Shown here piece after piece: positions 18,884 through 29,445 of a stretch of DNA of 64,000 nucleotides. A program made the translations under genes and the position numbers. The DNA comes from Promethearchaeota archaeon. Its GTDB lineage: Archaea; Asgardarchaeota; Lokiarchaeia; Sigyniarchaeales; SOKP01. A model generated the notes under the pieces. The model did not search any database, had not been told where the DNA came from, and saw nothing but the letters and a program-made list of their open reading frames with translations. Where the stretch lies: positions 51,169 to 115,168 of the forward strand of contig SHMW01000004.1 of assembly GCA_008080735.1 (NCBI GenBank), in the 5' to 3' direction. Position 1 is the stretch's first letter; every line of letters starts with the position of its first letter.

Positions 18884-19942
18884 TTGACCGAATTTCCGAA
18901 TTTCGACGATGTGGGCAGTTTTCCTCTTCCAGAAAATATAGATAAAGACATATTTGCTAATTTTTATTGGAAAGCGTATTCCGCCATAACCAATAATATT
19001 GACGTTTTTTCTCATAGAGGGATATTGAGTAATGTCATTGAACCAATCTATTCCTCTTTCAGAAAGAAATTAAATGCCGGAGTAGAGGTTATCAATTATC
19101 CACAGCATATGAATATGTACGATCAGTTTTTAAAACCCCTCGAAGAATATAAAAAGACATTAGGCTTAATAGAAAAAGAAAAGGCTATTATCCCAGAGAT
19201 CAATTATATTGAAAAATTCGCTAAAGAAAACTATGAAAAAACACAAGAACCGTTGGACATTAAAATTTGTGTTAGTGGCCCAATAGAATTATACATTAAA
19301 CGTCACTCCTTCACCATTTATGAAGATATGGCTCTTAATTATGCGAAATCAATTAATCACTTCATCAAAAATAGTCTCCGTTCTAATAAATGCATAAAAA
19401 CGTCAACAATTTCAATAGATGAGCCTTCCTTTGGATATGTAGATTTAGTAAATGTTGAGGATGATACTCTCATTAGGATATTTGACAAGTGCTTGGAAAA
19501 TATCGATTGCGTTAGTCAAATCCATCTTCATACTCTAAACCGTTCCAATGTCCCCCTTCAGACTGAAAATATCGATGTACTGACATGTGAGTACGCTTCT
19601 GATCACTCAAATCTGATTCCAAAAAATTTATTGGATGAGTATGATAAATATATACGGGTGGGAATTACAAGAACAGATATTAATGGGATAATGGCGGAGA
19701 AACTAGATCGGGGCGTGTCCCATGATGAATTAAAAACTTACAATGGCTTATTGAGCTTAATAGATTCGGAGGAACAAATCGAAGAAAACTTGAAAGTTGC
19801 GCTTAATCATTATAAAGACCGACTAAGATTCATAGGGCCTGATTGTGGATTATCTGGGTGGACACCTCCTCAATTAGCATTTGAATTGCTTAGTAGAACC
19901 GCACGAGTAATACATAAAGTTCAAAACTCTTATAACGCGTGA
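18884..19942 (+). CDS. MetE catalytic-domain-like (core) methionine synthase homolog
   Basis: DDVGSFP, SGP, SIDEPS, GPDCGL; the Zn motif reads HLH rather than HxC. Confidence 0.75.
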   Translation: MTEFPNFDDVGSFPLPENIDKDIFANFYWKAYSAITNNIDVFSHRGILSNVIEPIYSSFRKKLNAGVEVINYPQHMNMYDQFLKPLEEYKKTLGLIEKEKAIIPEINYIEKFAKENYEKTQEPLDIKICVSGPIELYIKRHSFTIYEDMALNYAKSINHFIKNSLRSNKCIKTSTISIDEPSFGYVDLVNVEDDTLIRIFDKCLENIDCVSQIHLHTLNRSNVPLQTENIDVLTCEYASDHSNLIPKNLLDEYDKYIRVGITRTDINGIMAEKLDRGVSHDELKTYNGLLSLIDSEEQIEENLKVALNHYKDRLRFIGPDCGLSGWTPPQLAFELLSRTARVIHKVQNSYNA

Positions 19943-20118
19943 TACTATTAATAAAATATAGTAAAGTTTTCATAAAGCGATACTTCATAGCTTAGAATAA
20001 CAAAAAAACTTCCAAAATTATTCTCTCTATAATTTAAATTTAAAAACTCCACCTAATATGTTTTATTATTATAATTCAAAGTGAAATTCTTTTTTTTTCA
20101 ATAAACATTTAAAAAATT

Positions 20119-20460
20119 ATGAAAGATAACCAATCAATTCATTTGACGATCGATGCATTTCGAGACCTTTTAGAGGATATATTCCAGATCTCTACGAGTG
20201 AGGAGGAGGTTAAGAAAATATTCTCAAAAAAATATAAACATGAAATTGAGAAAAGAGTTGATTACTATTTCGATCACGAGGTTAACGATTTATACAGCGA
20301 GAAAGATTTATACACTATGAAAGATGGCGTGAAATATTTATTGGAAAAAGTTCGTAATTCTAGAAAAATTATGAAAGCACTTTTTTATGCTACGCTATTT
20401 AACGATGATGAAATCCTTCTCGAAAATGAAATGGCAGACATTATGGACAAACTCTTATAA
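20119..20460 (+). CDS. Hypothetical protein
   Basis: 113-aa ORF with an ATG start and typical composition. Confidence 0.65.
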   Translation: MKDNQSIHLTIDAFRDLLEDIFQISTSEEEVKKIFSKKYKHEIEKRVDYYFDHEVNDLYSEKDLYTMKDGVKYLLEKVRNSRKIMKALFYATLFNDDEILLENEMADIMDKLL

Positions 20461-20478
20461 GTAATATCTAATATCATT

Positions 20479-21363
20479 CTAATTGTTCTGATATCTGTAT
20501 CTATACCTTTTATCTAATGATTTGAGAAGATCTTTACTATTGTAGGTAATGCTGCCTCCTAATTGTTCAGGAGACAAATTATAAAACTTAACATATCCCC
20601 AAATCGTTGTATTTGAAAATAAATAATAGATAACACGATCTCTAAAACTCATATCATCAAATTTAGGAGGACTTACAAGTTTTCCATCTTCAGAACTTTT
20701 TTGTTCTCGCACACTCTCCGACGTTTTCTTTGTTTCCAAGAGATGTCTCAAAATACTTAGTTTATTATAAAAAGTAATAATTAATTTACTCTGGAAGGAA
20801 GAATATTGACTTTTATGCTTTTCTAATGATTTCTTAACAATCTTAAAATCTCTCCATTGACATTTAAGATAAAAATGTGTTTTTGTGGAATAATAATAAA
20901 ACGTTCTTTTGGGCCGAGATACTGGTTTTAGTTTCTTGAGAGAGAAATACACCAGACGACCTGTATTTAGGTGATCAGCATGAAAATCTTGGGCAAACCA
21001 AGGATCTGGAGCAAAAATTATCGCTGGCTTTAGCTTTTTGATTAGATTCATCACTTTATTCAAAGAGTCTGTATTTAAGGGAAGATGTCCATCTATGTAG
21101 TCCATTCTAATAACTTTTACCTTATTTCCTGATTCTTTTTCAAAAACTCTATTAGCCTCGTCCAATTCTTTAATCCTAATCTGTTCCAATCGTTTTCCTT
21201 TGAGCTTATCATATTCCGTTCCATAGGCATTATTTGTCATAACGACCTCTATGACTTTATTCCCTAACCTCAAGCTTTCCAGATACATAAACGGAATCCC
21301 AAGCTCAATATCATCCGCATGTGGGGTAAAGAACATTACAGTGTATTTTGAAAGATCGCTCAT
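20479..21363 (-). CDS. PIG-L/LmbE family deacetylase
   Basis: PHADDIELG, RIKE, DG, HADH, HKSQ. Confidence 0.9.
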   Translation of the reverse strand: MSDLSKYTVMFFTPHADDIELGIPFMYLESLRLGNKVIEVVMTNNAYGTEYDKLKGKRLEQIRIKELDEANRVFEKESGNKVKVIRMDYIDGHLPLNTDSLNKVMNLIKKLKPAIIFAPDPWFAQDFHADHLNTGRLVYFSLKKLKPVSRPKRTFYYYSTKTHFYLKCQWRDFKIVKKSLEKHKSQYSSFQSKLIITFYNKLSILRHLLETKKTSESVREQKSSEDGKLVSPPKFDDMSFRDRVIYYLFSNTTIWGYVKFYNLSPEQLGGSITYNSKDLLKSLDKRYRYRYQNN

Positions 21364-21387
21364 TGATAATAAAATCCCCTCTTTTCT

Positions 21388-21969
21388 CTATTTTCGAAAC
21401 TTTTTGTAAATTTCATAATAGAATAGGAAAGCAAGGAAATAATGGACAACTATACTAAAAAGGATTCCGAAGGTAATCAAAATATAGGCATTTAATAAAC
21501 CCAGCAAAAATGAATATGCTAAGTAAATTAGTGTTATATCTCTATTATGATGAGAAAACCAAGTATGAATGTGGAAGAATGCGAAGATAATACTCGAAAC
21601 CAGAATCGTGTAAATGCTCCCAATAAAATGAATCAATAACCCAACAATGTAAAACCTGAAAATCAACTCCTCCATTATCATTGTTATTAGAAAAGTGGAG
21701 TATAGCGCAAAATAATCGGAGGATATGAAGCTCTCAATAACTTCCTGAGACTTAAGATTTTCATAGCTAGCTTCCGTAATTTGGTACCTCACTGTTATTT
21801 TACTTAAAGTAAAGATCAAGATTATCCCGAAGATTACAGTAGAGATGGAAAAAGCATTCATTTTTTGGGGTAAAAGAAACTCGCTACTAAACCCAAAGAA
21901 TATTGGAGTAATGAGAAACATCACAATTATTAGCTTGATTATAAATCTAAAATCAATCTCTCTTCTCAT
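21388..21969 (-). CDS. CPBP (CAAX protease/Abi) intramembrane metalloprotease
   Basis: EELIFR, FAFFH, VVHY in a hydrophobic protein. Confidence 0.88.
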   Translation of the reverse strand: MRREIDFRFIIKLIIVMFLITPIFFGFSSEFLLPQKMNAFSISTVIFGIILIFTLSKITVRYQITEASYENLKSQEVIESFISSDYFALYSTFLITMIMEELIFRFYIVGLLIHFIGSIYTILVSSIIFAFFHIHTWFSHHNRDITLIYLAYSFLLGLLNAYILITFGILFSIVVHYFLAFLFYYEIYKKFRK

Positions 21970-22052
21970 TCTTACATTTCTCCTTTTATTTTTTCTTAAT
22001 AATTACATTCAAATTAAGTTTTTTAATTGACTAGAATATAGAAAGCATACAT

Positions 22053-23093
22053 TTAAAACAGGTGCTGTTCTACTACCTTAGAACCTTGTTCTGCTTGTCT
22101 TACTCTTACGAGGTTCCGTTCTGGGATGCCCATATCACGAAGCATAGTATGTGCAAGATCTAAATCCTCCATTCTACAAAAACAATGGACATTTGGACCT
22201 GCATCAACAGTGAAATAAAATTCAGTTTCTTCATTTTTTCTCTTGTTTATAATGGATTTTATAACTGACAAAGTGCCTGGATTCCAATAGAATAATGGAG
22301 GCTCCGAGGTCATCATTACGCTGTGCATATAGAGACAACTTTTTTCTGCAATCTTTCCCACGGTTGGAAAATCGTCATTTAAAATGGCCTTGGTAATTTT
22401 TTTCGCTTGTTTTTGGGATTCTGTGATTCTGACTGGATTGAAAGCACTCGAGTGTGCATAATTAATTCCCACATCCGATGATACAGCTTTTTCTCCCCGA
22501 TCAATGACAGCTATCACTGCTGCGATATCAAATTCATTGCACGCGCAGATCTGTTCCGCATAGGAGGTTTCATGGGAATCTCCTTTATGCCAGCGGACAA
22601 AACCTCCATGTATAGAGCGTGCTGCTGATCCCGAACCCAATCTTGCGAATGTAGAGAGAACCTTTTGTGATAAATCAAGCTTTAATGCCTTGCTAGTCGC
22701 TGTAGTGAGGGCTGCAAAGGCTGATGCGGATGATGCTAAACCCGCTGCTGTTGGAAATTTATTCTCACTGACCATCTTAAACTTTAAAACCGTTTGTGCT
22801 AATCTTCGTAAAGGGTCAACTACTTTTTTAATTCTTTTCATTTGAAATTCATTAAATGGAATTAGATCTGTCTCTGTTTTTAAAAAGCCCTCATCATCTT
22901 CATAGTGTTCAGAAAATTCAATTGTCGTATGAGTTAACAATTCTATATTGGATTTATCGCTGTGAATCGTTTCCTTCGTCATGCTAATACTATCATTTGT
23001 CGGGATATTGAGATGAGATGGGAAATTTGGGTTCCTTCCCCAATATTTAATTAACGCAATATTGGGATGAGTTTGTGCGGAAGCTTTCATCAT
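22053..23093 (-). CDS. mvaD: Mevalonate (di)phosphate decarboxylase
   Basis: NIALIKYWG, PTAAGLASSAS, RLGSGSAARS, TVDAGPNVH. Confidence 0.92.
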   Translation of the reverse strand: MMKASAQTHPNIALIKYWGRNPNFPSHLNIPTNDSISMTKETIHSDKSNIELLTHTTIEFSEHYEDDEGFLKTETDLIPFNEFQMKRIKKVVDPLRRLAQTVLKFKMVSENKFPTAAGLASSASAFAALTTATSKALKLDLSQKVLSTFARLGSGSAARSIHGGFVRWHKGDSHETSYAEQICACNEFDIAAVIAVIDRGEKAVSSDVGINYAHSSAFNPVRITESQKQAKKITKAILNDDFPTVGKIAEKSCLYMHSVMMTSEPPLFYWNPGTLSVIKSIINKRKNEETEFYFTVDAGPNVHCFCRMEDLDLAHTMLRDMGIPERNLVRVRQAEQGSKVVEQHLF

Positions 23094-23294
23094 ATGATTA
23101 ATAAATAAACCCCCATAGTTAAATAAAGTTTTTTCTTTGAGTAAATTGAATTCTTGAAAAAATATAACGAGTTCTCAAAGCTCTAACTCAACGAAAAGTA
23201 AAAAATATTTATGCCATAATTGATAATTTTCGAATAATTGAGTTTTTATATTATATAATCTAATTTCTTAAAAAATAAGAAAATAATAGAAAAT

Positions 23295-24470
23295 ATGACT
23301 AAGAAAATGTATTCTTCAGAAATTTCTGGGTTTTATAAACTCTCGGTTAAAGAGCGTTTAAGCCTTATCCAAGAAAAGTCAGGACTTAATCAGGAAGAAT
23401 TGAGTGTGCTTAAGAACTTTGGTTATTTCAAACCAGAAGAAATGGATTTATTGATTGAAAATGTGGTGGGAAGCTATCAATTACCATATTCTATCGCATG
23501 TAATTTTAAAATCAACAATAGAGACTACTTGATTCCGATGGTGATCGAGGAACCTTCAGTGGTGGCTGCGGCTTCGAATGTGGCTAGAATGGCAAGAAAG
23601 ATGGGTGGATTTCATTCTGAAAGCATAGATCAGGTTATGATAGGACAAATTCAGATTGTCGATATTGAGAATATAAATGAAGCTGTAGAAAAAATCAAAG
23701 CAAACAAGGAAAGAATAATACAACGTGCAAATGATCAAGATCCTATTCTCATAAAGTTAGGAGGGGGAGTAGTGGATTTAGAGATTAGGACTATTGAAAC
23801 CATAAAAGGACCGATGATCGTTATTCATCTACTGGTAAATGTGTTGGATGCGATGGGAGCTAATGCCGTGAATACGATGGCAGAAGCCGTAGCACCGTAT
23901 CTTGAGGAATTGAGCAACGGACAGGTCTTTCTTAGAATAATTTCGAATTTGGCAACCCATAGGATCGCAAAATGTAGAGCTGTTTTTGATAAAGAAATGC
24001 TTGGAGGTTCCGATATAGTTGAAGGAATATTATACGCCTATGCATTTGCTAAGGCAGATCCATATCGAGCAACGACGCATAATAAGGGCATCATGAATGG
24101 GATTATCGCTCTCACACTGGCGACGGGAAATGATACACGAGCAATAGAAGCAGGAGCACATGCCTATGCTGCGTTAGGCGGATATTCTCCCTTAAGCAAA
24201 TTTGATATAGACGAGCATGGAAATTTAATCGGGGAGTTAGAACTTCCGCTTGCCTTGGGAATTATCGGTGGATTAACAAAAACGCACCCGCTTGCGAGAA
24301 TTTCGTTAAAAATACTTGGTATCGATACTGCAGAAGAATTAGCACAAGTGGCAGTAGCTCTTGGACTCTGCCAGAATGTGGCGGCACTCCGCGCTCTGGC
24401 TTCAGAAGGAATTCAAGCTGGACACATGAAATTACATAAGAGAAAGGAAATGAAAAGAAAATCTATTTAA
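23295..24470 (+). CDS. mvaA: HMG-CoA reductase, class II
   Basis: IENVVG, EEPSVVAAAS, DAMGAN, THNKGIMNG, GHMKLH. Confidence 0.93.
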   Translation: MTKKMYSSEISGFYKLSVKERLSLIQEKSGLNQEELSVLKNFGYFKPEEMDLLIENVVGSYQLPYSIACNFKINNRDYLIPMVIEEPSVVAAASNVARMARKMGGFHSESIDQVMIGQIQIVDIENINEAVEKIKANKERIIQRANDQDPILIKLGGGVVDLEIRTIETIKGPMIVIHLLVNVLDAMGANAVNTMAEAVAPYLEELSNGQVFLRIISNLATHRIAKCRAVFDKEMLGGSDIVEGILYAYAFAKADPYRATTHNKGIMNGIIALTLATGNDTRAIEAGAHAYAALGGYSPLSKFDIDEHGNLIGELELPLALGIIGGLTKTHPLARISLKILGIDTAEELAQVAVALGLCQNVAALRALASEGIQAGHMKLHKRKEMKRKSI

Positions 24471-24477
24471 ATTTAAT

Positions 24478-25980
24478 TTACACTAATTTATTTTTTACAT
24501 CTTCCACTATTTTCTCATAAGCGAGTTGGGCAGAGATAATCGAGACCGGAACTCCTACACCAGGGTGGGAATACATTCCCGCATAGTATAGGTTATTAAC
24601 CTTTTCGCTTTTGTGTTTTGGCCGAAATATGGCAGTTTGCCGCAAAGTATGTGCTAAACTGAGAGCAGTTCCTTTATATGCATTGAAAGTATCTTTAAAA
24701 TGCTCATGTGCGACAATTCTCTTCACAACAATCGAGTCTTTGAAAGACTCTCCAGCGATAGTTTCCACTTTCTCAATAATTTTATCAAAATACTCTTCCC
24801 GGAATGATTCCTCATCTTCAAGATCTGGTGAAACTAAAACCAAAATTGTCATAAGCTCTCCGCCAGGAGGTATAAGAGAGGGATCCGATTGTGAGGGAAC
24901 CGTGATATAAATTGAGGGATCTTCTGGCCATTCAGGGTTTTCGAAAAGTTGATTGAAATATTTATCCCAATCTGAATTGAAATAGAAATTATGATGAAGA
25001 AAATTGTTTAATTTTTTATTAAGGCCAAGATAAACCAAATAAGAAGAGGGTGCTATCATTTTCTTTTTCCAATATTTTTCATCATAAGTTCGATATTTTT
25101 TATCTAACAGTTTTATTTCTCCATGATGATAATCTCCGGTGTTCAAAATAATGTCAGCGTCAAATTTTCCATTGTTTGTTATGATCTTTTTGGCATTATC
25201 ATCTTCAACAATTATGTCGGTGACTTCAGTATTAAATTTAATTTGCACCCCTTCTTCTAATCCCAATTTCATAATAGCATCTACAATAGCTCCAAATCCC
25301 CCCTTAGGATACCAAATTCCCAAATTCATATCAACATGAGCAAGCATTGAATAAACTGCTGGGCTGGTTGGGGGCGAAGCTCCAACAAACGCGACGTGAT
25401 ACGACACAATCTTTTTTGCTTTTTGCGTATCAAAAAATTTATCTACATATTTATTCAATTTTGTAAAAATTTTTAGCTTCATTCCATCCACGATAAGAGT
25501 TCTATCCAGAAGATCTCGAACATTCCAATAGTCTCTATACAAAAAATTCTCAAAAGCAATATCATACATTTTTTGCGAACGTGCTAAGAAACGTTTTAAT
25601 TTTTCTCCCCCATTTTCTTCAAAAGTATCAAATAAATCGATGTTTTTATTGACATCATCCATTATATCATATGATTCATTCTCACCGAAAAAGACTCTAT
25701 AAGAAGGATCTAGTCGTATAGTTTCGTAGTAATCTTCTGGTTTTTTTCCAAATTGTTCAAATAATTTCTCAAAAGCCTCTATCATCATATACCACGATGG
25801 ACCCATATCAAAAGAATAACCCTTTTCTTTCCATACCATAGCACGGCCCCCAGGTCTGTCATTCTTCTCCAGTATGGTTACATCAAACCCCTCCTTAGCC
25901 AAAAGAGCTGCTGAAGATAACCCTGAAAAACCTGCCCCAATTACAAATACTTTTCTTCCATTATTTACTTTCATTATCAT
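24478..25980 (-). CDS. crtI: Phytoene desaturase family protein
   Basis: VIGAGFSGL, FDMGPS, YPKGG, LAHTLRQTAIFRP, HPGVGVP. Confidence 0.9.
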   Translation of the reverse strand: MIMKVNNGRKVFVIGAGFSGLSSAALLAKEGFDVTILEKNDRPGGRAMVWKEKGYSFDMGPSWYMMIEAFEKLFEQFGKKPEDYYETIRLDPSYRVFFGENESYDIMDDVNKNIDLFDTFEENGGEKLKRFLARSQKMYDIAFENFLYRDYWNVRDLLDRTLIVDGMKLKIFTKLNKYVDKFFDTQKAKKIVSYHVAFVGASPPTSPAVYSMLAHVDMNLGIWYPKGGFGAIVDAIMKLGLEEGVQIKFNTEVTDIIVEDDNAKKIITNNGKFDADIILNTGDYHHGEIKLLDKKYRTYDEKYWKKKMIAPSSYLVYLGLNKKLNNFLHHNFYFNSDWDKYFNQLFENPEWPEDPSIYITVPSQSDPSLIPPGGELMTILVLVSPDLEDEESFREEYFDKIIEKVETIAGESFKDSIVVKRIVAHEHFKDTFNAYKGTALSLAHTLRQTAIFRPKHKSEKVNNLYYAGMYSHPGVGVPVSIISAQLAYEKIVEDVKNKLV

Positions 25981-25981
25981 C

Positions 25982-26824
25982 TCACCTTACTATAAATGTA
26001 TTTTTTAAAATAGTTGAAAATATCTTAATTTTAGAAGGTTTAACCTTTTTTTCGTAAATGATGAATGGATTATCTCTAATCTTTAATGCTGTCCAATTAT
26101 ACATATCTGACGCAGTTTTTATTGGGATTAAATATCTTTTTGGAATAAATTTAAATCCGCTCTCTGCTTGGTTTTGCCATTTGAAATATAAGTTAATTTG
26201 AGTATTAATAAAGTCTTGAAATTCCTTTCTTTTTTTCATTACTTCTTCTTTCTCTAATGATTCCAAATTAAAGTCAAATAAGGGGAGATAACGCCTCCCA
26301 AATCTGATATCCTCTTTAACATCTCTGATAAAATTAATATATTGCATCGCTCTTCCTAGCCTTTCCGCCGCAAAGTAAGATTCCTCTGGCAGATCTAAAA
26401 TTTTCGCCATAAATAACCCAATTACTTCTGCAGATCCATGGATGTATTCAAGTGTTTCTTCTAATGTATTATAATTTTTTTTTGTGAGATCCAGCTCCAT
26501 TGCATATAGAAAATCATCAACCCATTCAGGTTTAAAATCTTTCCTTCTCATCAAATCTACGAATGAATTAATTACAATATCATCAACAGTCTCTCCAGCA
26601 AGTGCTTTTCTATAACGCTTACAAAAATCCAAGAAATCCTCTTTTTTTTGCGGTACAACATCAACGAAATCGTCGGCTACCCTTACAAATCCATATAGAA
26701 TAAAAACATCTTTTCTCACTGATTTCGGGAAGAAAATACTACTATTAAAATAGGTTTTAGAACCACGTTTAAATATTTCTCTAAATAGTTCTTCATTTTG
26801 ATTTTCTAAATCCGAACTCACCAT
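25982..26824 (-). CDS. crtB: Phytoene synthase
   Basis: GSKTY, YGFVRVADDFVD, GSAEVIG, AMQYINFIRDVKED; coupled to crtI. Confidence 0.92.
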   Translation of the reverse strand: MVSSDLENQNEELFREIFKRGSKTYFNSSIFFPKSVRKDVFILYGFVRVADDFVDVVPQKKEDFLDFCKRYRKALAGETVDDIVINSFVDLMRRKDFKPEWVDDFLYAMELDLTKKNYNTLEETLEYIHGSAEVIGLFMAKILDLPEESYFAAERLGRAMQYINFIRDVKEDIRFGRRYLPLFDFNLESLEKEEVMKKRKEFQDFINTQINLYFKWQNQAESGFKFIPKRYLIPIKTASDMYNWTALKIRDNPFIIYEKKVKPSKIKIFSTILKNTFIVR

Positions 26825-27208
26825 CTTACTTTAAGATTGGTTTAGTGATTTTTTATATTTTGTCTTTTGAAATATAAATTATAGCATCTCCAGAGAGTAT
26901 AAAATAATTATGGGATGAAGATTCATGTTATATGAATATGAATTTAAAAACCGTACTTATTCTCGATTAACAAGATATCATTGATATTTTGATTATAATG
27001 TAAGAATTCTCATCATATGACTTATACAGCGATATTATAAATTCTATAAACTCAAGTGAATAAAATTGCTTGATAAAATTGAATAAAACCGAAAAGATCT
27101 GTATCTTAGCATTCCAAAATAATAGACTTTCCGAAAAGAGAAGAATTGAATGCAAATATTTTATAAAGTAAAATTTTATTTTTTTCCTAATTCTATTTTC
27201 CAATTGAT

Positions 27209-27721
27209 ATGGTTAATCCTTTAGATTATTTGCCATTTCCCTATGCAATAATAACATCCATCATGATTGTGGTTTTTATGACCTTCTTTATGGAATTTGT
27301 GGCATGGTCTCTTCATAGATATATCATGCATGGGATTGGATGGTATCTCCATGAAGATCATCATAGATATACAAAAAAAATGTTTCAAAAAAATGATCTC
27401 TTTGCGGTCTTTTTCAGCTTAATATCATTCCTATCTATATTTTTCGGCTCTCTTTCCTATGATATTCTCTTTTGGATCGGGATAGGAGTTGCCATGTATG
27501 GATTAGGATACTTTATCTTCCACGATGTTCTATTCCATAAGAGAATTAGAAATCATTATAGACCAAAAAGTAAGTATATGAAGAGAATATTCACCTCGCA
27601 TTCATTTCACCATCAAACCACTAATAGGAAGGGATCAGACGGTTACGCATATGGATTTCTTTATTCAAGTAAAAAATATATGGATATGGCAAGTGAACTA
27701 AAAAATAAAAGAATTAAATAA
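27209..27721 (+). CDS. crtZ: Beta-carotene hydroxylase (CrtZ family)
   Basis: MEFVAWSLHRYIMHGIGWYLHEDHH, HDVLFH, HSFHH. Confidence 0.9.
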   Translation: MVNPLDYLPFPYAIITSIMIVVFMTFFMEFVAWSLHRYIMHGIGWYLHEDHHRYTKKMFQKNDLFAVFFSLISFLSIFFGSLSYDILFWIGIGVAMYGLGYFIFHDVLFHKRIRNHYRPKSKYMKRIFTSHSFHHQTTNRKGSDGYAYGFLYSSKKYMDMASELKNKRIK

Positions 27722-27750
27722 TAAAAATAATAATTATATCTGATAAGAAT

Positions 27751-29370
27751 ATGACAAACTCGAAAGATGATTTTTTCTTTAATGTAGGCATCGATTCGAT
27801 GAGTTTCTATACACCAAAATATTATGTCGATCTGAAAGACTTAGCTGAGATAAGGGGTATAGATCCAAACAAATATTTGAAAGGATTGTTAACAAAAGAA
27901 ATGCGAATACCGGGTCCCGGGGAAGATATTGTAAGTATGGCCGTAAAAGCTGGGCATCATGCGTTAATGAAAGGGAATATTGATCCAAGCGAGATCGATG
28001 CTATTTTTTTGGGAACAGAAACAATGACTTATGCTGTAAAATCGGTTTCCAATATACTTTCTGAAGTTCTTGGAACTTCGGTAAATTGTGTAACTCAGGA
28101 TGTCTATAACGCATGCGCAGGGGCAACTCTCGCAGTTTTAAACGCAATAGGACTAGTTGAAAATGGAATAATCAATAAAGCAATGGTTATAGGTGCTGAT
28201 ATTTGCAGTTATAAGTTGCAGAGCCCTGGGGAACCAACCCAAGGAGCAGCAGCTGCGGCCTTAATCATTAGTAAGAATCCTCGTATTGCAGCTTTCGGAA
28301 AAAAATTCGGAAAATTATCTGCTAACGTATTCGATTTTTATAGAATGCCTTATGAAGAATATCCTGTTGTTTTTGGGCATTATTCAATAGATTCATATCT
28401 TAGATTTCAATTAGGAGCGTTTGATGAATTTTTCCAAAATTCACAAAATATATTACCTGATTATCTTGTGTTCCATTCACCATTCGCAAAATTACCGATG
28501 AAAAATATCCAAAACCTTCTAAAACAAAGATGGTCCACAATGAAAGAGATATTGCTTAATAAGACCGTAAATAAAACAAATTCGGTGGGAATTCAAGAGG
28601 AGTCATTTGAATATTTAGAAAGTTTGGTTGAAGATATCATTGAGGAAGTAAAAGAAGAAGAAAATGTTGATGATATAGAAGGTATTAAAGTTAATTTAAT
28701 AGAAAGTCTTAGACAGAGATTTCTTCCTGCGCTTAATGTCCCAATGTCTATAGGAAACATGTATTCTGCTTCGGTATGGGGTCAATTGATTTATATGTTG
28801 GAAAGTGTTGTAGATGCGAATGATTTGATCTATTTTGGTTCTTATGGCTCTGGGGCAACCTGCATTTCTGGAATGCTAAAAGTAATGACAGGATTCAAAG
28901 AAATTGTGCAACAGACACCCAAGGTAGACAGTTTTATCGGTAAAAAAAAGAAAATATCAATCAAAAAGTATGAAGATTTGAGAAATAAAATAGATACTCA
29001 AAAAGCTTATTATGCGAAGATTGAGCCGCATCCCTCCAACGCAAACTTTTTCATTAAAATGAATATCTGTGAGGGGGGATGTTTAGTATCAAAATTAGAC
29101 GGTCTTGATTATTGTCCAGATGGAAAAAACAAGACATATGTAAAAAATCTTCCGATGTATGCGGTTGTGAGCTCTGATCCTATAGAAAAAGTTGGAGATG
29201 ACGATTTATTGGATGAGTCTATCGTTAAGGTATTTCCAAATACGAAAAAAGGAGCGCTCGTTGAATATACCTTGCTTAGAGCTGGAAAAAACGATTCGTT
29301 AGCTTGCTCTCAGAGCGGATATATAAATTGGATTCCCACTTACAAACAAGTTCCTTATCCACTTGTTTAA
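27751..29370 (+). CDS. HMG-CoA synthase with a C-terminal DUF35-like extension
   Basis: GTE, NACAG (catalytic Cys), GEPTQGAAA, FHSPF, GNMYSAS, SYGSG, then about 130 extra residues with 3 Cys. Confidence 0.88.
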   Translation: MTNSKDDFFFNVGIDSMSFYTPKYYVDLKDLAEIRGIDPNKYLKGLLTKEMRIPGPGEDIVSMAVKAGHHALMKGNIDPSEIDAIFLGTETMTYAVKSVSNILSEVLGTSVNCVTQDVYNACAGATLAVLNAIGLVENGIINKAMVIGADICSYKLQSPGEPTQGAAAAALIISKNPRIAAFGKKFGKLSANVFDFYRMPYEEYPVVFGHYSIDSYLRFQLGAFDEFFQNSQNILPDYLVFHSPFAKLPMKNIQNLLKQRWSTMKEILLNKTVNKTNSVGIQEESFEYLESLVEDIIEEVKEEENVDDIEGIKVNLIESLRQRFLPALNVPMSIGNMYSASVWGQLIYMLESVVDANDLIYFGSYGSGATCISGMLKVMTGFKEIVQQTPKVDSFIGKKKKISIKKYEDLRNKIDTQKAYYAKIEPHPSNANFFIKMNICEGGCLVSKLDGLDYCPDGKNKTYVKNLPMYAVVSSDPIEKVGDDDLLDESIVKVFPNTKKGALVEYTLLRAGKNDSLACSQSGYINWIPTYKQVPYPLV

Positions 29371-29445
29371 GATTTTTTTTTATTTCGATATCTTGAGAAT
29401 TAAGATAAGGATTTTTTTCTACTTGATAAAACAATACTATTGAAG

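Noticed and set aside
22935-22975. Short insertion in mvaD as a second, in-frame BHB intron
   Set aside because: An 8-bp stem is possible, but no central helix or bulge geometry; it falls in a variable loop.
26967-27203. 78-aa minus-strand ORF
   Set aside because: Low-complexity AT-rich divergent promoter region between crtB and crtZ.
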